Positions 46,800-59,600 of a stretch of DNA of 64,000 nucleotides are shown here, in pieces (the first letter of the stretch is position 1; the number at the start of each line of letters is the position of its first letter). The translations under genes were made by a program, and so were the position numbers. The notes below the pieces were generated by a model, which saw nothing but the letters and a program-made list of their open reading frames with translations, was not told the DNA's origin and did not search any database. This DNA is from Guillardia theta CCMP2712 (lineage: Eukaryota; Protista; Cryptophyta), in contig NW_005434661.1 in NCBI RefSeq assembly GCF_000315625.1, positions 360,878 through 424,877 on the forward strand, read 5' to 3'.

Positions 46800-48677
46800 T
46801 TAAAGAATATCATGAAGCTTAATCTCTCGCAGCTGCCTCAACTGATCGTTGCACATCTGCGATAGATGATCCCTCACGACCTTGGTCGTGCTGAGCGCAT
46901 GTCCTCGTACCACTTCCATCCTCACAACAGGTGACGGCGCTCGTCCCATGGTGAACTTGGACGGCGGTTGGTACCTTTTCTCCATGAAAATGTCTTTTTC
47001 GAACAAGTCAAGGTCGGCGAGGTTGAAAACCTGCGAGTACGTCGGGCTCTTGTGAGAGGATCCGTCAAGACTTGACTTGCTCCTGTTGACTCGTTTCAAG
47101 GAAGGTTTCTTGTACCCCTGGTAGAACGATCGATTTCGCTCCAGGTCCCTCTGAAACTCAAACCGCGCCCTCGAGTCGTCACCGACGGCCCTCCCTTGCA
47201 CAAGCGAGTTCAAGATAGTCGTGTCCTTGGGCGAGACTTCCTTGGGGCTGCCTTGCCTCGAGCCTGGGGAGCCGAGGAGGAGCTGAGGGGACAACGAGGT
47301 CGCCCTCCCTCTGTCTTCTCTTGAGGAGTTCATGCTGACGTCCATCCGGCTCAAGTTCAACTTGTGTCTTGGAATGGAGAAGGTGAACTTCTTCCTGTGG
47401 ACGCCCCCCACCTGAGGTGAGAGCGCGTTGTACACGGAGACTGTGTTGGACAGGAGCTTCTCTGCCCTGTTCAGCCTCACTCTCAAGACGCTCTCGTCGT
47501 GGAGGAACGGCCTCTCCAGGAAGGGATTCTGCTGGTGGACGAAAGAGGACTCGTCCGAAGCAGCGCCCTTGTGCATTGAGACGATCATCTGCACTACTTC
47601 CTGTGGTGAGTCGACGTACTCCTGCAGAATCTGAGGATCGCAGAGATCTTCAACCATCTGAGAGTATCCAGCCTGTACAACTGCATCTCCCTCAGAGATC
47701 GGACAGACGCCATCCAAGTACTCACCGTTGCTCACAATCCCCAGCGCCTTCCGTTGAACCTGGGACCAGCTCTCAGCGACACTCCAAGGCCCTCGAGCAA
47801 GAACCTGCCACTGCTCGTCCTGTACCAACTTTAAGGCATGTACCACCACAGGACGAGCGTAAGGATGCTGAGCTTTCATGCCTCCTGCAACGTCTTGTCA
47901 AAAACTCCTACTTGTACTGTCTTTCATACCATCCTCGTGCAGCGCAAGCTTCCCCATGCTCGCAACAGCCCACAACCTCTGCTCCTGACTGTCACTACCT
48001 AGCAGCTTCGCCAGCGCCTCCACTGTCGTCTCCGGACTGGCAGTGCTAACCAAATAATTCAAAGCGCATTCGCGAACGTCTTCATAGAAGCTGAAGAGCA
48101 CGCTATCTAATCTCCTCAGTACGTCCTCGTTGGGTTGCGGCACGGCCTTGGTCATGGCAGCAACAGCAGAGTTACGCACGTTCTCGTACTGGTCCTGTCG
48201 AGACAGTCAAGACAGCAAGTCCCTTGATGCCAGCACCACCAACCTTCATCCCCTCGCAAAGGGCAGCCACTACTTGCTCATTGACCTCCCCGATCTGCCT
48301 CTCAGTCAGTGAAGCTGCGACGAGCCGCATGCACCAACGATGCCGAGGGAGGAGAGCGATTCCGCCCGCACGTGTTCGCTCCAGTCGCCTGACAAGGTGG
48401 TCAGCTATACCAGGGGCTGCGAGCAATGCCTACCTGCTTTCTGAGCGATCTCAGCAACGACTTGCTGCATGACTTCGGGGTCTACTACAGCTCCAGACTG
48501 CTTCTGCGCTGAGCAGCATTCTCCCAGCTCTGCGATGTACTGGGCCCTGAACTCCCAGAACCTGTTGGGGGGTCAGCCAATCTTGACAGACGGACTCGAG
48601 CTCTGAAGCTGAACTTACGACGTCGCTCTCAGCTTGCGCAGCAGTTCGAGGATCTCGCGGTCGGTCGCCGACGCCAT
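46800..48677 (-). CDS. HEAT/ARM-repeat protein with low-complexity C-terminus
   Basis: MASATDREILELLRKL...; DQYENVRNSAVAAM, FYEDVRECALNYL, DSQEQRLWAVASMGKL, DEQWQVLAR HEAT-type turns. Confidence 0.65.
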
Positions 48678-48829
48678 TGCTCAGGCCGGGCTTGTATTAC
48701 GGATATACCCCTACCTCTCACAAGGCTCTGCCCCCAAGCTCCCTCCCCCCCTCCTCCTCTTGCCCTCCACCAGGCGCCATGCCCGACGGACCGAACTGAA
48801 GGACAGGGGCAGAACAGATCGACGGTCAC

Positions 48830-49020
48830 CGGGTGGAGCTACTACTGAGAAACTTAGAGGTCAAAGACCCCGGGCCCGGGGCCCGCCGGTGGAACCCGCC
48901 GGCGGCCGGGCGGGCCCGGGAGCGGCAACCAAGCCATTGAAGTTCCGAACTTTTGAGAAGCCCAATTTGAATAGGTGGATAGGGGTAGTACGGTATTAAA
49001 TAGGGGGTGGGGGGTCCCAG
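48830..49020. promoter_or_regulatory. GC-rich upstream block of the HEAT gene
   Basis: GGCCCGCCGGT (48880-48890), AAGTTC-C-GAACTT palindrome (~48940-48952), GGGGTAGTAC and GGGGGTGGGG. Confidence 0.45.
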
Positions 49021-49877
49021 AACGTTTGAGAGGAATCGGGGAGAAGGAAGAATGTGGAGGGTGAGGGGAGGAAGAGGAGGAAGAGGAGGGTTGATGGCCG
49101 TGAAAGAGACAGCAGGAGCAGTCCTAGCGATGCCTTTCTTCTCTCCGAACGGTATGCGCAATCTCTCATCCTCTCCTCAAATCATCGTAAGTTACCTCAC
49201 CATGTTGGGCGACTTGACTGATGTTTGGTAGTCGAGTCTTCGGAAGCGCCTAGGACGCTTCTTCTCGACACTGCCAGTGGATGAAACATCACAGCACGCC
49301 TCTAGCAGCAAGCCCCCTCTTAAGATCGTGCGGAATGGCAGGGTGAGAAGGATGGTGGTGGTTTTGAGGGAGTTACAAATGCTATGACAGCTGCTGGGTC
49401 AGCGACCAAAGCTTTCTACACATAGAGCTGCAGACCAGGGGGTAAGGTTGAACCCAATGCAGAAGTTCTGGTATATCGCACACTTGACGCGGAAGGTGAG
49501 TTCGCTGCTTGACGTGAGCTGCCATTGAAGAGAAACAAGTGCCGTCGACAGCAAGTGACTGGTTGGTTTGAATCAGGGTCTCGTGTGGGGCTCGGGGCTT
49601 TCCATGGTTTCCTTCTGTTGTCTCACTATTGCAGTGCATGCGGATGATGATGTGAGCGTATGAAACGATGCTCCTGCTTGCCTGTTGGGTCTTCTGCCTT
49701 TTACTTGTGTTCTTGTCCGATTTCTCCACCTGAATCTCGGCCCGACAGTTTCAGGAGAGGATGGAAGACAACTATCCTGGCGTCTTGAACCTCTGCCTTG
49801 CCTTTGGTGAGCCATGGCAACGTCTCTTCTAGTCTTGATAGAAAGATCCAGGTTCGCAGTTTCAAAGATTTCTGACG

Positions 49878-50047
49878 GATGACGATGACGATGACGATGA
49901 CGATGATGAGGGGGATGCTGATTCTGCCGGTGCTGGTGATAGCAAAGATGATGATGATGATGATGATGACGACGACGACGACGACGATGATGATGATGAT
50001 GATGATGACGACGACGACGATGACGACGACGACGATGAAGACGAAGA
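49878..50047. repeat. Mixed (GAT)n/(GAC)n microsatellite
   Basis: Directly visible. Confidence 0.95.
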
Positions 50048-50554
50048 CAGACATACTTAATTTGTCGAGCTGACCAGTGACAACAAGTATATGAACATTC
50101 ATCGAGCAAGCATAAGAACATTTAAACAAGGCACATGAACATATCTGAACATTCATCGAAATGGCAAGTCACATTCTGAGACCATCAGGACGGCTTGTCA
50201 TCGAGATCTTGACAAACTTTGCGTGATCGGCAAAATTGATTCTATTTGTAAGCAATCAGACATCCTGGAAACCTGCCCAGTGCATGCAGGAGCTTCTATT
50301 CATCAGGAGACGAGGAATCAGGAGATTTGTACAGCAGGAATCATCTCAAGCTCGCTGAGCTCTTAAATATTCTTAACATAGTGTAAATGGTTAGCCCCCT
50401 GGAAAATTTAGCCTGTGACTCTTCTGCCTCCTTCCCCCCCCTCCCTTCTCCTCTTCCTCCTTCCCTATCTTGTCCTTGTCCTCGTCATGATTCTACTGCT
50501 GGTCCCTTTCCTCACATCCTCTCCAACACGATCGACTGCGTCCTCCCCGCGCCC

Positions 50555-53500
50555 TCATCTCCTCAACTCCTTGTGCGCGTTGGCCATGAAGGAGGAGACG
50601 GAGCTGCGAGAAGTCTTCTTGCTCCGGCTGGGCTCGGGCCTCTCAGACAGGAGGAGCGACGAGAAGTCCTCCAGCAGACTCTTAGTTGTGCTGGGGTCCG
50701 GCTGGGAGGAAGAGAAGGTCACGGTCTTGCCTCCAGCAGGAGGCGGGGGAGAGGAGGCAAGCATCGTCCATCCCGGTGACGCGATCGACTCGTTCTGTTT
50801 GCTGCTGCTCTCTTCTGATCACAAGTCTATCAGAGCTCCTCCTCCTCCTCCTCCTCCTCCTCCTCCTCCTCCTCCTCCTCCTCCTCCTCCTCCTCCTCCT
50901 CCTACTTGAGGATCTTTTGCTGCCGCTATCATCGAGTTCTTCCTCGTTCCCGTTCCTGCAAACACACTTACTTTGCTCCTCCTTCTCCTCCTCCTTGTGG
51001 TCTCTCCAACCTATTCTTGATATGCTTGACATGCAGCAGCGTCTGAAGATCATCCAGCTCCTCCTGGGACCAACTTGAGTCTCCCTCCCCCTTTGACTCT
51101 CACCTTCCTCCCTCCCTCCCTCCCTCCCTCCCTCCCCCTCGCCTACCAGCCCAAACACACTCCCTCTCTCCCCCTCTTTCCTCTGCCTCATCTTCTTGCA
51201 TCTCCTCCTCCTCCTCTTCAGGCACATCTGCAGCACCTGCAGCCTCCTACTTTTCGTTTCTGCTTCGAACTTAAGGATCCGCTCCTGTCAGCCTATGTAA
51301 GCGAAATGGAGAGAGAGGTATACTCTCCTCCTACCTGCGCAAGGGAAGCCTCCACCTCCTCGATCAGCTTGTGAGACTCTGTGAAATCATCGTCAGTGTC
51401 ATCATCATGATCATCATCGTCATCGTCATCGTCATCGTCATCATCGTCGTCGTGATCATGATCGTAACATTGTCATTATCGTTGTTCTCACTTTGCAGGC
51501 GAGCTTGCAATGCCTTCTCGATCTCATTGAATGTCTGTAGCTGCAGGAAAAGAGTTGGACGGAAGGAAGGCAAAAACGAATGAGGAAAGGGATTAGGAAG
51601 CGACGATGGATCAGGAGGAAGAGGGAAGGGCAGGGAAGGAGGGGAAGGGGAGGATCGGGAGGAAACAACAAGTAGGAGGAGAGCAGAGGAAGGGAAAAGG
51701 GAAGGAGGGGCGTGAGCAGTACCTTGTCAGACATCTCAGCTCTGATGGTCTTCACCTCGTCCTCAGCTGCTGCGGTATCATTCCTCAACCCCTCTACCGT
51801 CCTCATCAGCTCTGCCTCCCGCTGCTGAAGCTCAACGATCCTCGAGCTCAGCGACCGTTCGACCTCCTCCCTCCTCGCTACCTCCTGCCTCATCGCCTCC
51901 TTCTCTCGCTCCCACTCGCCCTTCATCTCCGCCCTCTGCTTGCTCGCGCCCTCCAGCTTCCTCCTCAGGATTGCCAACTGGTTCTGTTGGTCGGCCTCGA
52001 TGCTCCTGAGCGCGACCATCTCCTCTCGCAGCTCGTCGGTCAGGAGGCACTGCCGCTCAAGCTGGGACGTGTCAGTCCCGATCTCTGGCACCCGCCATGG
52101 CGCACCTCAGTCTTGAGCGACTTGACTGAGTTTCTGTAGACCTCCTCGCTCCTCCGCAGCTCATTCGCCTCCTCTTTGTGCTTCTGGTGGGCCAGCCGGA
52201 GCTGCTCCAGCTGGTTGGGTAGTTGGCAGGTCAAGGAGAGAAGGGAGGGAGAGGAGATGGAGAAGGAGGAAGGAGAAATGGCGCGGATGGTGGAGAAGGA
52301 GAGGAGAGACGGAGAGGAGACGGAGAGGAGACAGGAGCAGAGAGGGGTAGAGGAGACGGAGAGAAGGAAGGCAGCAGGAGGGTGGGTTTCACGGAGGTGG
52401 GACAGGAAGAAGGAGGGGAGGGAAGGGAGCAGGGGGTTCGCGATCACCTCGCTCTTCATGACATCCTTTGCTTTCTTCAAGGTGTTGATTTGACCCTCGG
52501 CGTCCCGGCGCCTGGAGGAGACGAAGAAAGTGAGAAAGGCCATGATGGCTAGGAGAGATGTGGTAGAAGAGGTGAAGGAGAGGAGGGGAGCGAGGACAGT
52601 GAGCGGGTCGGTTTCGGGAGGGCGGATGATATTGTACAGAAGGATGTGATATGTGGAGGAAGAAAAGAGGAGAAGCAGGGAGGAGAAGAGGAAGGTGGGA
52701 GAAGGAGGAGGAGGAGGAGGAGGAGAAGGAGAAAGGTGGGAGGAGGAGGAGGAGGAGGAGGAAACAACGTGACCTCTTCTTCTGCAGCTCAATCTCTGCG
52801 CCCATCTCGACCTTCTCACTCGCCAGCAGTTTCGTGTCGTTCATCGCCTCTTCCAGCAGATTCTTCGATTTCAACACCTGACGCCACCAGCGCCGTCACC
52901 ACCACCTGAGGGGCCGGCACGAAGTTTACCTGCTCCTTCAAAGTGCCGATCTGCCCCAGCAGGTTCTTCTGTTCACTCTGTCATGGCCAAGTCAGAGTCT
53001 CCTCCTCCTCCTCCTCCTCTCCTCCCTCTCTCCCTCCCTCCCCTTCCCTCCAGCTCTCTGACCCTGCTCCTCCTCCTTTTTAGCCCCTCCACCTCACCTG
53101 GTTCCGAGCTGACTCGTCCTGCAGGGACATCCTCAAGGTCGAGATCTCTGCCTTCTGCGCCCTTGCGAGGTTCTGAAAGTCCTTGAGCTGGGATGCGACG
53201 GGAGTCACTTGCTCAGCAGCAGCTCTTCCTCCCTTCACCTCCTCGCCCAGCTCGTGATTTCGATCTCTCGTCTTTCCCAGGAGCTCATTCAGCTCCTGTG
53301 GGCAGAAGCATCAAGACTTTGCCCCTAACACCTCGTGGTTCTCACTCTCGTCTTCCTCTCTCCCTCTGCAAGGTCCCTCTGCCTCTGCTCAGCGAACAGG
53401 CTCAACCTGTCTGCATCGAACACGTTCATCGGGTCGAACTCAGTGCCTGCTTGCTCACCTTCGATCTCCAGGATCGTGTTCTGCAGCTGCACCTCCTTCT

Positions 53501-54746
53501 CTGCTGCTGCTCTCTGGCTCGAACCGTCAAGGATCGCCGTTGAGAGGCTTGTCAAACCGCACCAGACTGTCTTCCATCTCCAGCTTGGCCTTGGCCAGCG
53601 CTTGATTCTCCTTCTTCATGCTCGAGATCTGCAGCACGTCTCAGCCCCCCGCACTTACAGAGCATCACCCTCGACCTCTTCTCTCAGCATCCCTCGCTCT
53701 GCAGTCCATTGGTCCGCCGATGCTCGCATCCTCTCCGCAATCTCATTCAGCTGGGCCTCGACCTCTGCCGCTTCCTGCCTCCTTCCCAGCTTCAGCTGCT
53801 CGATCTCGGCCAGCAGCTGAGACTTGATTGCCCCGAAGTTCTTGTTGCTGCTCTCAGCATCCATGGCCGCGCTCTGAAGCCGCGACTCCAGCAGGCATCG
53901 CTGGTGGAACTCCTTGGAGCACCGCTCCCGTTCGCTAGCCAGCTCCTCCTCCAGCTCTCCTCGATGCCTCTTGCAGTGCTCCAGGTTCCTCTCCGCGCTC
54001 CTCAGCTCGTCTTTGAGGCGACTGATCACGGCCTCCTTTTCCACTAGCTCGTTGTGGTGGAAGACCGCGAGCTCCTCCTGGCTCTGCTGCATCACTCGCT
54101 CTTGCTGAGCCTCCACTTGCGCCTTGATGTTGTTCACAACCTCCTTCATCTCTTTCTGCATGCTGAGCTCCCTCGCCTTCAGGCGCTCTACCGCCCTCGA
54201 CATCTCCTGCCGGCTGCTCGCCTCTCGCTCCTCCATCTGCCTCATCTGGTCCTGTACCCGCAGCCTGCCGGACAGAGCAGCTTTGAGCTGTCCTCGCATC
54301 GCTCCTGTCTTCATCTGCACCGCGAGGAGGACGCGCGAGAGGCTCTCGAACTTCTGCGTCAGCTCAACAACAGACGCCCAGGGCGTCAGCGAGTAGCCGT
54401 TGTGGGTCTTGTGGATCACAGTCGCGCCATACTTGAGGGCCGCCCGGATGTCCGACGCGTTCAGGAAGGGAACGACGATGTAGCCCGAGCTTGACGACTT
54501 CGCCTGCATGTCCAGGACTTTGCGAGCGATGTTGATGCCCTCCTGCAGCAGGGACGAGATTTCCTTGACAGGATCCCCGAGGCCACTATCGTAGTGGGGA
54601 GGAGAAATTTCCTTTGAGGCCTTGGAGCTTTCCGACAGAGATCCTTTCCCCTTGGACCGATCTTGGTGGTCATCTGAGAGAGAGTCGAAGGAGGCGCTGA
54701 GGAGAGATTGATGCAGCTTGTTTGAATCAAAATCTATGAAACTCAT
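50555..54746 (-). CDS. Large coiled-coil protein, multi-exon
   Basis: 363-aa first exon, then many E/K/R/Q heptad exons. Probable last exon ...SSFMANAHKELRR*. Confidence 0.65.
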
Positions 54747-55114
54747 CTTGCCGCCTGTCCTTCCTCGCCTTTCTTCACTTGTGGGATCGAACTGTTAGAC
54801 CTCTTTGCATCTGAACACTCCACTTGTGTTTTCAGATCTTCTCCTGATCTGATCTCCCACCTTCACTTGCTCCTTGTCCTCCTGATCCTCGTCCTCCTCT
54901 CCCTCCCTCTTCCTCTCCTTCGTGCCTTCGCCTCCCCATCCCGGCCGCTCAGTCTCACCGCATAGAGAGAGGGATTGACCACCAATTATTGACTTCATTT
55001 TATGAAAAAATTTCAACCATAATGCTGAATTTTCAAAATCACCGAATAATATTCATTTCATTCGAAATGTGCCAATCCCAACTTGACTTTTTTTCGGTCC
55101 GTTGAATCAGCGAC

Positions 55115-56668
55115 ATGGCGGACGGCGCGACACAACTCGAGGCGCAGCGACTGACGGCATGCGTAGAGGATGCGGTGGACAAGCTTTCACGTGCTCCTCC
55201 TCCTCTCAGCATCCTTCTCTGACCTTCTCCGGCAGTCTTGGCCATGCTCGAGACGGATGGCTCGCATGCGGAGCTGATACAGATGAGAAGTGACGAAGCG
55301 GGACGGCTCCTCGGTATCCTCCTGCTCCTCGAGCAGCTCTGTGCTGACGTCCCTTCTCCTAGATCAACACAATGCTCTCATGCGCATGTACCAGAACGGA
55401 ATAGATATGAGGAAGCAACTGGCAGGGGGCTCGAGAATACAGTACAACGCCAACGAAGAAAAAATCAGCAACATCGCCTCTTCTCTGAGACAGGTTTGTC
55501 CTGTCTGACACTTGCTATGAGCATCCCTGTCTGAAACCTTTCAAGGCTACCAAGACGCTCACAAGGAATTTGCAAGAGAATGTGCTTTATTTCCTGCCTC
55601 TGTACATTCTCATTGCGTTGCCTTACAACAGGTTGATCTGGAAGGAAATCTATCGAAGATCAGGAGGACGTGTGAGAGTGTGACAGAAATCCTCTCACAG
55701 ACCATCAATGAAATGGAGGTGGCAAGGAACTTCCTTGCAAGTTGCTCTGAAAGTGACCTTGCTCGCTCAAGGTTGGCAAGTTCGACACGGTGAGGATCAA
55801 GGTGGAGAAGGAGGGCGAGTGGAGGACGCACATCATGAACACCATCGCTCGGTGACATGTTCCATCCCTGACATGGTCCTCGCTCCTCAACCCGTTGCTT
55901 CCAGCGAGAAGGAACTGAGCGAGAAGACGTCAGAGCTGCGCGATAGCCTGGCACAAGAAAGGATGGAGATGGTGACCTGTTCGCACTGATCGACATGTCG
56001 AGACTGACATGAACAACTAGACCCGCATTATCACCATGAAAGACGAGAAGATCGCAGACTTGAAGGTAGGGCACCAGGTATGTTGGAGTGAAGGACTCAG
56101 CGTGTCGTGTTGAGTGCAGGAGGAGCTTGTGAACCAGCGCCATGACGTCACAATGATGATCTCGTACATCAACAAAGACGCCAACGCGCTGAAAGAGTGC
56201 GAGAAGCGCATCTGGTCGAGGGAGGTCTCCTCCTTGAAGGGGAGGATCGAGCGATGCCAGAGGGAGATAGATGTGGAGAACAAGGCTCACGCGAACCAGG
56301 AGAGCTTCCTCCGGCAGAAGATCGAGGAGAACACTCGGCGGGAGGAGGAGGTCGACAGGATCTACGACAAGGACACCTCTGAGCTCCAGAACAAGCTCGA
56401 GATCATGAGGACAGAGAGAGATGAGGTCCTGCTCAGGCTCAAGGAGCTCGAGGAGGCGTATGACCGTGACGTGGCGGAAAGAGCTCTCAAGTCCGAGGCC
56501 CAGAGGAAGCAGAGGGAGGAGGAGGCGGCGAGGGCGGCGGGCGAGCAGCGATCGCTGGAGGCCTCGATCCTCCTGCAGTGCAACTACCGCATGCACGTCG
56601 CTCGGGTGACCCTGTCGGACATCCGCAACCCCAAGAAGGGGAAGAAGGGAGGGAAGAAGAAGAAGTGA
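55115..56668 (+). CDS. DRC9: Dynein regulatory complex subunit DRC9 / IQCG-like protein
   Basis: N-terminus EAQRLTACVEDAVDKLS; TKTLTRNL; ENKAHANQESFLRQK...YDKDT; degenerate IQ motif ASILLQCNYRMHVAR; tail KKGKKGGKKKK. Confidence 0.75.
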
Positions 56669-56695
56669 AGCTGTGCCCTGTATTACTGTGAGGCT

Positions 56696-59600
56696 TCAGA
56701 AGTCGAAGCCATCGCGGCTCCTTGCGATCTTGAGATAAGCCGGAGGCGAGCAGCGACGCTGCAGCCACTTGCCGATGGTGACGGGCAGGCAGCTGACGAG
56801 GGTGATGACGGTGACCTTGAGCCAGAAGCTGCCAGAGAAGATGTAGCCCACGTCGAAGTAGGTCGGCAGGAGGAAGAAGGAGAGGACGTAGGCGGCGAGG
56901 CTGAGGATCTGAGAGACGATCATGAGCAGCTTCCACTTCTGAATCTCGAGGGCGACCATGAGCAGTTCAGTGAGCAGGAGGGACGTGAAGGTGATGGAGA
57001 TGATGCGGAGGAAGGAGTCGTCGAACATAAAGATGCTCAGGAGCATGATTACTCCCCCCTGGTAGATGCTCTTGAACGTCCACTCCAAGAACGTCCTCGT
57101 GCACAGCCTCCTCCCCTTCTGCAGCTCCTTGTAGAGCTCCGGGTACATGAAAGCTGTGTCCGGGTCAACATCCTCGTCGAACACCAGCGAGAAGACTGGC
57201 AGCATCGTGTAGACGGTGCTGTACCCGACGACCAGCCAGCCCGAGTAGATGGCGATGGTGGCGAAGTAGAAGATGGCAGAGAAGACGATCTGGATCATGG
57301 AGATGATGAGGCCCCGATGGATGACGAACTGAGACAGCCGAGCTGTCCGCGTGTAGGAGTTCCTCCCGTGCCAGAGCATGAGGCGGCTCACGTGCTTGAA
57401 CTTGGTGAGCGAGAAGTCAGCCGCCAGGGAGGCTTGCCTTCCCTCCTTCCCCTCTATCCCTATCCCCACATCCGCCGCCTGGATCATCGCGACGTCGTTG
57501 CCCCCGTCCCCTATCGCCGCACATCTCTTCTTGGCGTGCCGTTTGAGCAGCCTCACAATCAGGGCCTTCTGAGTGGGCAGGCAGCGGCAGCAGACGACCG
57601 AGGGGCACTTGCAAGCGACTTCGATGAACTGCCGAGGGAAGTTATCTGTGCAGAGAGAGAGCGAGCGGCCGTCGATGACGAGGCAGGCCCCGGGCTTCTT
57701 CTGGAACCGTTTGAACTCTTCCTCCGCCTGCTCCTTGTTGGCGGCCAGCAGGTGGAAGATGGGGGCGTTCCTTGCGAAGAGATGCGAGCTGATCGCTATG
57801 CACGTCGCCGTCTCTACCTTGTCGCCTGTGAGCATCCACACTCGCACCCCTGCGTTCCTCAGCGTCTCTAGCGTTGAGTTCACCTGGTCCTGCAGCTTAT
57901 CCTCGACCCCCGTGAGCCCCAGCAGCGTCAGGTTGCACTCCAGCTCCTCCACCGCCGTCCTCATCGAGGCGTCGCGGTCCTGCAGCGACCTCTTGGCAAG
58001 CTCGTACCGCTGTGAGAAGGCGGCGTATTCTTCCTTGGAGAGAACTTTCATGGCTATCACCAGCGTCCTCAGCCCCTTCCTCGCCAGGTTTCCGCACTCC
58101 TCCTCGAGCCAGTCCGAGAACTCAACTATCGGCGTCATGGTTGCGTCTGCTCCCTTCATGAGGAAGAGGATCCTCCCGGTCTCGTTCTCGCGCAGGATGA
58201 TCCCCATCCTCTTCGTGTCCGAGTTGAAGGGAAACACGTTGAGGATCTCGTACTCCACCTGCTCCCCCGTCGGCCGTCGCAGAATGATGGCGGTCAGCGT
58301 CCTGTCCTCGAGCACGAGGCCGGTGAGCTTGGCGTAGTTGACGAGCGCGACCTCGTCGGGGGAGGAGGCCTGGTAGATCGCCTCTCCTCCCTCCAGCGTC
58401 ACGTTCACGTTGTGACACAGCGCGAGGGCCTCGATCAGCCGGCGGGTCCTCAGCTGGACTGGCGGGCGACCCCGGAAAGTCTCTTCCTTGATCTCGAAGG
58501 CCTTGCGGAGGAGGGACCTGACGTCGTCCAGCGCCTCTCTGCCGAAGGAGACCTCTCCCATGTGGATTTCCTTCATCTCCATCTGATTCTGCGTGAGGGT
58601 CCCAGTCTTGTCCGAGAGCAGGTAGTCGATCCTCCCCAGCTCCTCGGGGATGAAGGAAGATCGGACGATGGTGCCAGGGATCTCCTTGTCGCCCATCATG
58701 AAGTAGGAGAAGGCCGTCTTCGCCATGTCCACGTTCACTCGCAAGCTGATGGGGATGATGCTTGAGAAGAGGATGACGAAGCGGAAAAGCGACTGGAACC
58801 AGGTGTCGGTCCAACCCTTCAGCAGGACCATCACAAACGAGGACACCAAACTCAACGCGAACAGCATCTTAGCCAGCCTGTTGATCTCAATGTCTACCAG
58901 ACCGACCTTCGACTTGGGAGGATCGGCATTCATGGCGACGCGAGTGTCGGCGCCGGTATAAAGGACGAGGCCGACGGCGCTGCCTCCGCACACGATGGTA
59001 TTGGCCCATAGAGTGTTGTCGATGCTGAGTGGCTCCACGTGCTCGAGCCCGCGGGAGTTAGCTTCGAGACGATCATCGAGCCCGTCGTCTTCCAGCGTGA
59101 AATTTCCTATGAAGGAATCGATCTCCTTGGTCGGCTTGTCTGCCCACACCGATCCTCGCACGTTGATGATCGCGTCGTCAGTTGGCGATCGCTGCGTCCC
59201 AGCAAGAGCTCGCCGGAGCTTCCAGTCCGTCTCTCCATCCAGCTGATCCGTCCGGATGAAAACCGTTCCGCTCTTGTCGCTCGTGCGTAGTAGCAGCATG
59301 TCAGCGGGAACTCGGGCCCCGGATGGCACGAAAACAACATCTCCGACTTTGAGATCGGCGCTGGGGACGCTCTTCTTCTTCCCGTCCGCATGCAGCCTCT
59401 CATATCGCTGGCTGTTGGCCTCCTTGTCTCTCACGTACCTCTGGTAGTCGTCGTAACCCTCCTTGATGAGGGTGACGGACAGCACGAAGACCAGAGGAGC
59501 GATGTAGGTGAACAGGAACCCAACTTGGAGCTCGGGGATGAACTGCGACAGCGCAACGAGGAGGAAGTAGAGGTTGAAGAAGAACCTGAACTGCTCGTAC

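Noticed and set aside
49130-50340. Short spliceable ORFs on both strands
   Set aside because: No consistent gene model or domain could be built; insufficient support.
1-56668. Functional cluster of ciliary genes (IFT54, DRC9, coiled-coil proteins)
   Set aside because: The genes are far apart and interspersed with unrelated ones, as expected by chance in a flagellate.
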